Shown one piece after another: positions 1 to 10,635 of a DNA stretch of 64,000 nt (position 1 is its first letter; the number at the start of each line of letters is the position of its first letter). A program made the translations under genes and the position numbers. Source of the stretch: Felis catus (Eukaryota); the NCBI RefSeq assembly GCF_018350175.1, contig NC_058382.1, forward strand, positions 53,694,001 to 53,758,000, given 5' to 3'. The notes beneath the pieces were generated by a model. The model was given only the letters and a program-made list of their open reading frames with translations. It had not been told where the DNA came from and made no database searches.

Positions 1-1054
1 AGACTTAAAATGGTCAACAGAAGCATGGAAATTGAAATCCTGATTCTATGAGAATTAACCAAGCCAATTAAGGTAGAAGTGAAGAATTCCAAGGAACATG
101 ACCGCCTTGTAGATGTTGAAATATTTTGCTTCTTTGGGATGAAACGGTCCTATATACATAATGTTTTAGTTCGGATCTTGCGCAAGGCACAAAGATCGAT
201 CCTGTGGCCTTCTTTGGCACATGCAGCCCAATAGGGTCAGAGACTCCACCTCAAAGCTCAATCCACTGAAGAATAAATTAGCTCAGATTTCGGACTTGCT
301 GCTTGGCAGTTGCTAGTCTCCAAAACACGCTTGAGACGTCATGTAGGCCTTGTGGTTTGACACCAGTGACTCAAAAGAGTCAAGCCAGTTAAGAAGCATG
401 ATGTGGATATAATATCAGGGAGGAAACCTCCAGACCAAATTAAAAGAATCCAAAGTCTTCTGTTTTTATTGTACGTGAGACTACTGCAACTAATTTATTT
501 CTACATCATGAAAGTAGCAAGTGGAAAGTAGGAGGAGTTAGACATTTACCTTTCTCTTATTTTAATTACTCTCTACTGTATTAGAGTCTAGGTGGCCAAT
601 TATATTGAGTGGTACAGTATCTTGTCCATTTTTGTAGCCTTAAGGCCTGTTTCAGTTCTTGGAACATCGCATACACTTAGTAAGTGTTTTTTGGCTGACT
701 TATCGTTCTAAGCCAAAGGATCATAGGACGGGAGTGCTGATGAAATGGCTCAAATTGATCAAAATCAATCAAGGAAATCTTCCAGAGGGGATGCTTTGGC
801 CCAGTTTTGGAAAAGATATGAGGACCCAAATCTGACCACATTTCCATTCTTCTTAATGTATTGAACCTTGCAGGAGGGCACATGTTGCTTGCTAATTCAT
901 TTGCAGCCATGAGATATGATAACATAGGAGACAGAGGGGCTGTAAGAGGAAGTTACTTGTTGATGGTGGAAAATGTGGGGAAGGCAAGGAAAAGAACTTT
1001 GAGACAGAGTTAATCTTACTTCTTATGCCAAGAATCAGAGATCCCAAAACATGA
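1..1054 (+). pseudogene. Endogenous bornavirus-like nucleoprotein element (EBLN), degraded; 5' end lies left of the window
   Basis: Manual translation in frames +1/+3 gives blocks collinear with BoDV-1 N (recalled): 115-168 VEIFCFFGMKRSYIHNVL ~ [20 protein letters not shown]; 265-302 TEE*ISSDFG(ct)CC ~ TELEISSIFSHCC; 433-462 DQIKRIQSLL ~ EQIKKRFKTMM; 477-533 ETTATNLFLHHESSKWKVG ~ [20 protein letters not shown]; 658-696 LGTSHTLSKCFLA ~ MTTYTTIKEYLA; 841-902 FPF^LNVLNLAGGHMLLANSF ~ [20 protein letters not shown]. Multiple stops and frameshifts. Confidence 0.85.
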
Positions 1055-1073
1055 TGTTTTCTCTCAATGCTCG

Positions 1074-1140
1074 TACCTACCTACCTACCTACCTATCTCT
1101 CTATCCTCCATCAATCTATCACCTATTTATCAATCATCTA
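1074..1140. repeat. (TACC)n followed by degenerate (TATC)n simple repeat
   Basis: tacctacctacctacctacc followed by tatc/catc variants. Confidence 0.8.
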
Positions 1141-2261
1141 CTGCTTTCTAATAAGGAGAGAATACATTCTATATTCTCTCATAGATTTTCAAGATACACT
1201 TCTAAAACATTCTCACCCAATTGCTTAGAAAAAATCTCTTGAGGGAACTGGGATCAGGTGATGAGAAATCCAAAGTGTTTGACAAATACTTTCCATGGAG
1301 TAATCATCTAGGTGAAAATGACTCTAGATTTTCTTCATGCACGTAGCCGAATTTCGCTAAGTGTCAAAAGTTTCTTTTCTCTCAAAATCAATAAACTGGC
1401 AAGAAATTTCTACAAGCCTGCCAGCCTTCAGGGGGCTTTTCTCCTACTGGCAAAAGAACTCAGTTGAGGAAACCACTTATTTGATGAAATTGGAGCATCC
1501 CCAAATTCATAAATCAATTTCCAAATTGCAGGAAAAAAATATTACTTTTTAAATGCCTCTAATTGTTATTCATTATTCTAGGTCTGTGAAACTTCACCAG
1601 AGTGGTTTATTGATGAGGCGGCCCTTCAAAGAACATTATTCAGGCAGAGGGGAGTGAAATGCTCAGAACCACACCAAAATAATAGATTGCAGGATAGGGC
1701 ACCTGATTTGATGTTGTTCGCTTTGGGCTAAGTTTAAAAAAAAAAAAAATAGAAAGTTGGGTGTTTTTTTTGAAAAGTTTTTTCTTTGAGTTTCTTTTTC
1801 TTTTATTTCTCAAGTAAGAAGGAAAAAAAAATTATAGGGGAAAAAATTAAGGCAAGCTGTTGGAAAGAACACAGACACCAAGTCTGAGTTTACTCCTAAA
1901 AGCCATTTCCATGAGCCGCTGTGTGTATTTGTAGACTCAAAACTAGAACCTCAGGTCTGATGACTACAACAGGATTTCTAGGGACCTGGCCTGCTAGGCA
2001 AGGAAAGTACCAGGCCTCCCTGGGAAGTACTTTCACAGATCCACCTGGATCATCCAGGAAACACCTGGACATATCCCCAACACTGAAAGGAAAATTTATG
2101 GCTGTTTTTCCATGAGGGCATTTGAGAAACGAGTTGTGTCTTTGATAAGCCAATGCCAAACAATTCATTGTGTGGAGCCCACAAGGCTAGAGGATTGTTT
2201 GTGTGGTTTACACGCTTCAAGCACTGAGCTTTGGGCTTCACCTAAAGGCTTCAACAGTCGG

Positions 2262-2315
2262 CTCATTCATTCATTCATTCATTCATTCATTCATTCATAT
2301 ATTCATACATTCATC
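2262..2315. repeat. (TTCA)n microsatellite
   Basis: tcattcattcattcattc... array. Confidence 0.9.
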
Positions 2316-3004
2316 TATGGCCCTTCTTGAACTGATTGATAAAAGACCTTCCACAATGCCCTTAAGCCACAGCCCAAGCTCTCTGCCCCTGTGAGCAGTA
2401 AAATTCCTCCAGAATTACCTAGGTCCCTGCTCTCCACTTCTTCAACTACGATTCTTGCCATATCACCTCAAGAGCTGATATGGTCACCATCTTGCCAAGC
2501 TCCATGTTCAAGGATCTGAATTCCTTTTGGTCAATGGCTTAGCATCATTTGGCACAGCAGACCGTTCACTTCTGAAGTCACCCCAGCTTGCAGATGCCGC
2601 CTGTGTTCAGATGCTTCCCTTACTTACACCTCCAACCCTGTCTTCTCCTTTGAACTCCATGGGTACCAACCTAACTCTCCCCTAACTTCTTACCGTGGAC
2701 ATATACTAGAAATCCCTAACATGATGTGTCTAAAACAGGACCTTTAATCCCCCCTCCTCCAAACTCTGCCTCTGACAACTGCTTCTGAGTCCATGGCAGG
2801 TCTGTCCATCCTGTTGCTGGACCCCAAATCCCAAGAGTCACCCTTAATTTCCATGTTGCCTTTCACTGCCCCATTATGATGGTTCTATGTCCTGAATACA
2901 CCTTCCCTCCCCAACTCTGGGTCACTGCCTCCGGTGCTCCTGGATTCCCTCCTGTAATAGCATCTTCCCTCTCATTTCCACACGCAGGATATTTTAAATA
3001 TAAC

Positions 3005-3212
3005 TTAAATAAATTTATTTATTTTTGACAGAGCGAGAGACATTACACAAGCAAGGGAGGAGCAGAGAGAGAGAGAGAGAGGGAGAGGAGGATCTGAAGT
3101 GCACTCCACGCTGACAGCAGAGAGCCTGACATGGGGCCCAAACTCACCAACTGCGAGATCATGACCTGAGCCAAAGTCAGACGCCTAACCGACTGAGCTA
3201 CCCAGGTGCCCC
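3005..3212 (-). mobile_element. Can-SINE (SINEC)
   Basis: Reverse-complement tRNA-like head ending ...ctacccaggtgcccc, (GA)n body, T-rich tail; flanking repeat caggatattttaaa (2985-2998) / caggctattttaaa (3218-3231). Confidence 0.95.
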
Positions 3213-3242
3213 GAAGACAGGCTATTTTAAAAGTCTAAATTA

Positions 3243-3480
3243 GGGGTGCCTGGGTGGCTCAGTCGGTTAGGCGTCTGACTTCAGCTCAGGTCATGATCTC
3301 ATGGTTTGTGGGTTCGAGCCCCACGTCGGGCTCTGTGCCGACAGCTGGGAGCCTGGAGCCTGCTTCGGATTCTGTGTCTCCCTCTCTCTCTGCCCCTCCC
3401 CCATTCATGCTCTGTCTCTCTCCATCTCTCAAAAGTGAATAAACATTAAAAATAAACAAACCAACAAACAAACAAAAATA
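3243..3480 (+). mobile_element. Can-SINE (felid SINEC_Fc-type)
   Basis: ggggtgcctgggtggctcagtcggtt head with A box, ggttcgagcc B box, (CT)n, AATAAA and A-rich tail. Confidence 0.95.
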
Positions 3481-4034
3481 AAATTGTAAATCAAATCTGA
3501 TTACCCAAGACACTACTCCGATGACTTTCCAAAGAAAAGTCAGTCATCAAAATAAAACTCAGATTCCTTAACTTGACCTCCTGTGAACTTGCTTTTGCTC
3601 ACCTCTGACCTCTGACCTCCGGCACTGATCTCCCATCATTCTTCCTGCTCTCCTCGCCATCTAGCCTCTCAGTCCTGGGGGCATTATAAATTGTAACTGC
3701 ATTAGAATTAAATGAAGAATCAAATCTAAAATGCCTGGGATCCCACCTGGACCAGTTAAGTCAGGACCTCTGTGGGAGTGCCTGGGGGACCCGGGTCTTC
3801 CTGCTCCTCACATACAAGGATCACTATGCAGCAAGAGAACTCTTTGCCCTACGTCTACACAACGATGTTTTCTCATCACCCAAGACTTGAACCCAGTCCT
3901 CTCTCTGGAGACGATTTCTCTGGCCACCTCAGCTGAGGGCTCCCTGTTGTCTGCCACCTCCTTGACTTATAACCCATCACTCTGTGTTTCCTCACAGCAC
4001 ATGTAATTATCTGAGATTAACTTACTTGATTCCT

Positions 4035-4437
4035 GGGGCGCTTGGGTGGCTTAGTCGGTGAAGTGTCCGACTTCAGCTCAGGTCATGATCTCACGGTGTG
4101 TGTGTGCACGCGCACACATTTAATTTTAAGTTCTTTTGAAATTATGGCTCTTTACATAAACTCTCAATTCTGTTGGTTTTTTAATGGCCATGCACACAGG
4201 AAATAAGATAATCTTTTTAGGGGCACCTCGGTGGCTCAGTCGGTTAAGCGTCCAACTTCAGCTCAGGTCACGATCTTGCGGTCCGTGAGTTCGAGCCCCG
4301 CGTCGGGCTCTGTGCTGACAGCTCGGTGCCTAGAGCCTGCTTCAGATTTTGTGTCTCCCTCTCTCTCTGCCCCTCCCCTACTCACACTCTGTCTCTCTCT
4401 CTCTCACACAAAAAAACGTAAACATTAAACAAAGAAT
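4035..4437 (+). mobile_element. Composite Can-SINE: truncated head (4035-4097) + ~120 bp unique spacer + full SINE (4220-4437)
   Basis: Two SINE heads; one 18-bp TSD pair (4017-4034 / 4438-4455, 16/18 identical) flanks the whole unit. Confidence 0.85.
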
Positions 4438-4699
4438 TTAACGTACTTAATTCCTTACTGACTATCTTCCCTTACGAGAGTCGAAGAGGATGATGATGGG
4501 GTCTACCTTCTGTTTCCTGTTGTATTCCTGACGCTTACCACTTTGTCCATCAGCCGCAACTCCAACGCATGGCCTGCCAGATTCCTAGGGAGGCTGGAAA
4601 ATGTAGGCTAGCTATGATCCCAGGAAAAGAGGACACAGCTGGGTGGCCATCAGCATCTCTGCCACACAGAATGCAAAGGATACAGTTTTTCGAGCATCC

Positions 4700-5170
4700 A
4701 AAGAAAGAGTTCCTGCTCCTGACCTCCAGTGGAAGTGGCATCTAAGGAGAGACCTTCAAAGCAGGTAACGGGTACGTGAAGGAAGGGATGAAGGGAGGAT
4801 GGCATTTCCAAGTAGAAGCTCCACTGTTGTTGACATAACATTTGAGGATGTGAATACGACAGCATGGCATGTTCCAGAGATTGGAAATAATTTCAGTGTG
4901 ACTGGGGGCGAGGGGCAAGGAGGGTGGGAAGTCAAGAGCACAGACTCTGAAGCACCTTATAAACCACAAGAAAAACTCTGCCCTTCCTCGTGGGACCATT
5001 TGGGAGAAAGGAAGCATTGCATGGTTTGATTTGCATATTATAATGTTCTTTTGGCTAACGTATGGACGGCAGAAGGTGGGGGGCGGGCAGGTGGGCAAGA
5101 TTTGATGCTCTGGAGACCAGTTACAAATTACAATAATCTGAGAGGGAGATGCTTAATATGATTGCGAAAT
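4700..5170 (-). mobile_element. L2 fragment
   Basis: Purine-rich L2 antisense pattern (ggcatgttccagagattggaa...gtgtgactggg...gaagcattgcatggtttgatttgcat...ggagaccagtta). Confidence 0.55.
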
Positions 5171-5359
5171 GCCAAAAAGAGAGAATCATACACTGTACCC
5201 ATCCATTTGACAGATTATTCTGTGTAATTAATTTTTGAAAATTGGATTAGCTGTGATGGTTCCTTAGAGTGCAAGCCAAGAGCTCTGCAGCCCTGAGTGG
5301 GTCACCCCTTGAGCTTAGGGAGCATGTTGTTCCGCCCTGCAAAGACTTCTCCTTAGCCT

Positions 5360-5436
5360 GGTGCCTTATAATGATGCTTTAGGTAGCAAATAAGAAAAAC
5401 CCAAATTTGAACTAGCTTCAGCAAAGAGGGAAGGTG

Positions 5437-5486
<50 letters not shown>

Positions 5487-5659
5487 AGTGGGCTCCATGC
5501 TGGGTGCGGCTTGAACTCGTGACCCTGAGATCAAGACCTAAGCTGAGGTCAAGAGTCAGATGCCTAACCGACTGAGCCATCCAGGCGCCCCAAGGAAGTT
5601 TATTATTTCTTATAACCAAACTCCGAGGCAGGCAAGGGTGAACAAAACTGTCTGCAGAG

Positions 5660-5710
<51 letters not shown>

Positions 5711-5850
5711 GCATTCTGGCTTTGAAGATGGGCTTCCTAGATAGGACACCTCCTGACTCACTTCCTGTCACTGCCTCTATCTCTGTGCGCTACAGTCCAG
5801 CTGTCCATGTTGCCAGGGAGTTCACAGCAGAGCCAAGGGCACCCACGTCT
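5360..5850 (-). mobile_element. Old MaLR LTR (MLT1J/K-like), interrupted by a SINE and (CT)n
   Basis: tttaggtagcaaataagaaaaacccaaatttgaactagcttcagcaaagaggg resembles an MLT1J/K terminus. Confidence 0.5.
5438..5591 (-). mobile_element. Short Can-SINE with tail expanded into (TTA)n
   Basis: Head ...gagccatccaggcgcccc; (TTA)n at 5438-5484; flanks aaggtgtttatt / aaggaagtttatt. Confidence 0.9.
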
Positions 5851-6289
5851 TCCTGCTGTTGGACGTGTTGGACCTGGAGTCTGCAATGTCTGCCCTCTTT
5901 GCCCAGTTCATTCCCATTAGAACTTTCCTGCTCCAGGCAGCTATCACCTGCTCCAAGGAGTGTTCTTGCTCCTTTCTGACTAGATCAGGGTCTCCCGTGG
6001 TGTTCCCCAGCATCTGGCACATCCCCTATCATGTTTGATTAAATCCTTTGACATTTTTGCCCACTTTTCCTATTAGTCTGTGGCCCCTCCCAACAGTGTG
6101 GCATCTCTTCATGCTCAGCACTGGGGATTGGGTTTGGCAAACACTGGGTGCTTAGGAAGGCCACTCTAACCCAATGGATTTCTGTTGTATGTAACATTTT
6201 GCCTGGCTCCAGAAGCATGTGTAAGCCAGGCGACACAGCATGTGACACCATCTTCACTATTAGTGAGAGCTCTACTGATTAAATGACAG

Positions 6290-6505
6290 TATGAGATGAC
6301 GTCATGGGGAGTATATGCCAGGAACCATACTAGGGTCTTTGAGGACTTCTGCCATCAACTCTATTAGAAGGGTACAATGGTTTTCCCATTTTAGAGATGA
6401 GCAAAGTAAAGCCTGGAAACTTGAAGCAACTCATTCGTGGGCGCAAGATATGAAACAGTCGATGGCGGAACTGGAATTCAGACCTAGATACATCTGTCAA
6501 CCAGA
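6290..6505 (-). mobile_element. MIR
   Basis: cccattttagagatgagcaaagtaaagcc...ctggaattcagacctag MIR core. Confidence 0.7.
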
Positions 6506-7499
6506 GTCCAGAGGGGCAGTTCACCTCTCAGCTGACTTGGCCTCACACTTACCTCCCTCCACTCGCTGTTCACCAACACTCTCTAGCCTCAGCCACATTC
6601 TCTCCATCCCTTGAATAGCCAGGCTCATAGAGCCTTCCCTCCTCCTAAGGCTCTCCCCAGCACTTGCTGGCTCAGGAGGCCTCTCAGGATGCCTCTCATC
6701 CCCGGAGTCTGAGTTCAAAGCCACCTCTCCGAGGAGGCCTCCTGGGGCTCCAAATGAGCGAGGCCATTCCCACTGTCTACTCGTCCCATTCCAGGCTCGC
6801 TTTCTCAACACCTACCATTATCTGTCCTCAGGTGGATGATCTCTCTCCCAGGAGAATGTCCACTTCAAGAGGGCAGGGCAACTACATCTTTAAAGAGGGT
6901 AACTTATAAGCTGATCCTAAAGATGCCCAATTATAGTTTTACAACCAGTAAGGCTAGTGAAGTTGTTTGTTTCAAATGGATATACTTTTAGGATTTGGGG
7001 AATGTTGTGGTGTTTTGGAAACTTGCTTCCTGCAAGTGAGATATAAATGTAGCAGCTTCTGACATTTTCTTTCTTACATTCCAGAGTCCACTGCCTTTCA
7101 ACTTTCTTGACCTTCGGTACAAAAATAGGATAGGCTAAGAAAGTGAGGTCTAGTCTATTCTCCATATCCGGAACAAGAGCAGGAATACAAGGAAAGAGAA
7201 GATTCTAATGAGTACTGATGGACAGAAAGATAAAAACAGCAAATTTTATCCAGAAATGAAGGTATGATAGCAATCATTCTGTTAGAAGCTCACGTTAATC
7301 AGAAAAAGCATCGAAATGAATCTAATCCCACATTTTTATTTGCATTCAGAATTCAGGTTTTCCTAATACTGCCCAACCGAACACTATATGCCAAAGTTAG
7401 TTGTTCTGTGACACTTGGTGAGGGAAAAAATTATTTTAATGTCTACTTGATTCTTTTGAAAAGGGAAATAGTTTTTAAATCAGAAAGTGATAAATCAAT

Positions 7500-7692
7500 G
7501 GGGTGCCTGGGTGGCTCACTCAGGTAAGCGTCTGACTCTTAATTTCAGCTCAGGTCACGATCTCATGGCTGGTGGGTTTGAGCCCTGCGCCGGGCTCTAC
7601 ACTGATTGCAGAGCTGGTCGGGATCCTCTATCTCCCTCTCTCTCTCTCTCTCTCTCTCTCAAAAATAAATTAATTAACATTTAAAAAAAAAA
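7500..7692 (+). mobile_element. Can-SINE
   Basis: Head ggggtgcctgggtggctcac; (CT)n; poly-A; TSD agaaagtgataaatcaa / agaaaatgataaatcaa. Confidence 0.95.
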
Positions 7693-8189
7693 GAAAATGA
7701 TAAATCAAATCAACACTGTTATTTTACAAATAACAGAGAGAGAGAGAGAGAGAGAACAGGCAGGGCCAGTGCCTATCCCCACTCTGGAATCATCTAGAAG
7801 ACACCCAATACATATCTGTCAAATGAATAACCAAGGTCTGTCTGCCCCAGGAAGATCATCTATCCCTCAGAAAATCAGCACTAGCGACTTGGACAGACCC
7901 AAAGACCCATCTCATCTTACTAGACAGGTGCCTGAGTCTAAGCCCCCACCCTCACCCCCACTCGCACAGCGGAGAGAAGGGGAAGCGATATTTTTTAACG
8001 TGCAGAAGGGAGATGGGCCTCGATTGGCTTGCACACCCCCGTCTCATTACTATCCATATGGTTTAGCACGGTCGTGTGTGGGCACATCCGAGGAGCTATG
8101 GCACAACCGGACTCATTTAACACACAGGGCTGGGAAGGGGGCTGGGAGAGCCTCTCTCTCTCTTTCCTCTCCTTCCACAAGTTTCTGGG

Positions 8190-8640
8190 CAATCTAAACA
8201 GAACTAATTCTAACGTGCCAGTTTTCACTGCCCGGGCAAACAAAAGCAGCATTGGAGCCCAGCGATGCGGTCCTGCCACCCCGCTCCCCCTCCGCCAGGC
8301 TCTGCGTTGGGGCTGTCGCCATCAATAGCCTCCTTGTTGCCCGTGGCGGCCCCCGTGGGGTTACCAGGGGACTCTCTCCTCTCAATGGGCTCCCTCTCTG
8401 CCATTGTCTTCTCATATCAGTTTATAGTCTCGAGGACATAGACTGCATTACAATTAGTCACCATATCCAGAAGCCCCGGAAACTTATTTGCCACACAGAG
8501 TTTATTGGCCTTTGTGACTGGGGACAAAGGGAGGCTTGTTGGAAGCTGGACACAAAAGGCAAACACAATGTATGGATTTCTGAATAATACAAAGGCGGGG
8601 GGAATAATAGCAGAATAGCTACGTTATTAAGCGGAGAGAG
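8190..8640. promoter_or_regulatory. Candidate enhancer, repeat-free and rich in SOX motifs
   Basis: Inverted SOX-like pairs caatgg(8383)/ccattg(8401) and cctttgt(8509)/acaaagg(8524), acaatg(8565), TTTATTGG(8501); motif inspection only. Confidence 0.3.
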
Positions 8641-10419
8641 GGCCCTTCCCCCGGCTCTCGCCAGCTTTTCAGTGAATTTGCCTGACCTGGTTCTTCAAGA
8701 GTTTTCTAGGAGCAAGGAGACAACCTGAAGGAGGCAGGTGGGCCGACAGCCAGAATGCCTAGCGGACGCCAACAGGAATCCTTCTGCGAGCGATACGTGC
8801 TGCATGTTCAGGGAGCGAGTCTTACCAATTCCCTACGGGAGACCAAGACGACCGGAGAATGAACAGCACGTCCGGATGCACACGTGTGTTCAAGCGTGTG
8901 GAACGTGTCTGGGTGTGAGCACGCGTGTGCAAGTGGGTCGGTCCGTATGAGTACGTGGGGTAAGCATGTACGTGTGTGAGCACGTGTGTCGGAATGCGTG
9001 CTGGGCACATGATCGTGCATAGATGTGTGCGTGCCCACGCTGGCTGAGAGGTCAGCATCAGCGCTGTCACAGGGCGTCGGTCCCCCCACCGTGACAGCCC
9101 TGCGATCCCAGTGATGGCAGAAACCCCTCCGCAGGATCCCAGGGAGCCACGGTAGCTTCAGTGACTGCAAAGAGCTCTGCTCCCTGATGTGACCGAGTAA
9201 ATTCTCTTCCGTATGTGACTGCCACTTCATCTCCCCAGAACGTTCCGTCAGCCTCCTCTACGGGTTTTCCAGAACCTTCTAGCTCCTTCTAGTTCAGAAC
9301 TATATAAGTTGTACACAAATTTCCTAAGTATACTCCCTTTGTGACAAGAATAGGATGATGAAAAAAGTCTCAGAAACCAGACATTTCTCTGGCTGCTTCC
9401 GTATCCTTACTGGTATATGTATCCGCCCACTCAAATCAACAGTTCTTCCTTCCTCTCTCTCCCTCCCCCTTTCCCTTCCTTCCCTCCCTCTTTTCCTCCC
9501 GTCTGTCCCCTCTGAATGCTTTACTAAGATAGTCTGACTCGGCCTTCTTCCTCCGCCATGCCAACAAACCACCACTGGGCCCTTGCACTAATCCTTACAG
9601 CAAATATTTATGAAGTGCTTCCTATAGGAGTCGCTTTGCTTAAAATACATTAAGAAAACATGATGTGGTCTAGAAAATACCATTGCCATGTCTTGATCAT
9701 GGGCCTAAGTACTCCTCTTTGCAATCAGATACGTCCAGGAGAGCAGACACTGGGTTTTCATCAACTGTGTACTCTTTTCACAGAGCCTCCCTATAAACCC
9801 AGAGAGGCCTACCTTCCTCTTCATTTCTCATTGATTCCTGACTGCTGGTAATTCTTCACACTTCCTTCTATGTTTCTTAGCAGGAGGTGAGGGTTGTGAA
9901 GGAGATGTGGACACTTAGCCATCCAGGTACCAGTATCTGTTCGCTGCATAGCAGTGGGAAAATTCTCTCACTCATCCATTTACTCATTCCTTAACTCACT
10001 CGGTGATCTTACAGTTATTTGAAGCATCTCTGTATGAACCAGGTGCCATCCTAAATTCTGGGGAGGTAGCAGCCACTCAGAGGAAAATCCTTTCCCTGAA
10101 AAGCACGCATTCTAAAGGAGAGGGAGGATGGTAAACAAGAAAAGGAACAAACACAAGTTAATTAAAGAGCACTAAATAAACTTAACTTCTTCTTGGTTTC
10201 CTCTCTGCAAAACTGGAATCGAAGTACTCCTTGTTTCCACACAGGCACTGTGCAAACGGTACACGAACGCTCTTAACACAGCGCCTTGCAAAGAGGAGGG
10301 GTCCAAGCATATTCGCCACTGCCGCATTTAGTCAAGGTGTTCCTAACCAATGTAAGGCCTTATGAGTCAAAATTCTATAGAATTTAAAAAACATCCGTGT
10401 CATTAAATTACTTTCTGGG

Positions 10420-10635
10420 TGGGCACCTGGGTGGCTCAGTCGGTTAAGCATCCGACTTTATCCCCGGTCATGATCTCGCGGTCCGTGAGCTCGAGCCCCG
10501 CGTCGGGCTCTGTGCTGACCGCTCAGAGCCTGGAGCCCGCTTCGGGCTCTGTGTCTCCCCTCTCTCTCCCTGCCCCGCCCCTGCTCGCACTCTGTCTGTC
10601 TGTCTCTCTCAAAAATAAATAAACATTAAAAAATT
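10420..10635 (+). mobile_element. Can-SINE (SINEC_Fc-type)
   Basis: Head gggcacctgggtggctcagtcggttaagc, (CT)n, aaaaataaataaacattaaaaaa tail. Confidence 0.95.

Larger units (their letters stand above)
2460..4545 (+). mobile_element. Fragmented L2 LINE (3' part), interrupted by Can-SINEs and a MER5-like piece
   Basis: L2-like segments (gcatcatttggcacagcagacc; ccaaatcccaagagtcacccttaa; cacagcacatgtaattatctg...tactgactatcttccc) continue across the SINE insertions. Confidence 0.6.

Noticed and set aside
97..852. Resemblance to Ty3/Gypsy integrase (ILRKAQRSILWP; QFWKRY...TTFP)
   Set aside because: No HHCC or DDE residues and block spacing off by about 100 aa; the bornavirus N alignment explains more blocks with consistent spacing.
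1..902. Short resemblances to pneumovirus N and filovirus NP
   Set aside because: Isolated and mostly not collinear; at most shared Mononegavirales N ancestry.
677..925. 82-aa minus-strand ORF
   Set aside because: Antisense to the EBLN with no recognisable homology; the informative reading is on the + strand.
8870..9040. Degenerate GT/CACGTG-rich tract resembling an E-box cluster
   Set aside because: Best explained as a decayed (TG)n microsatellite.
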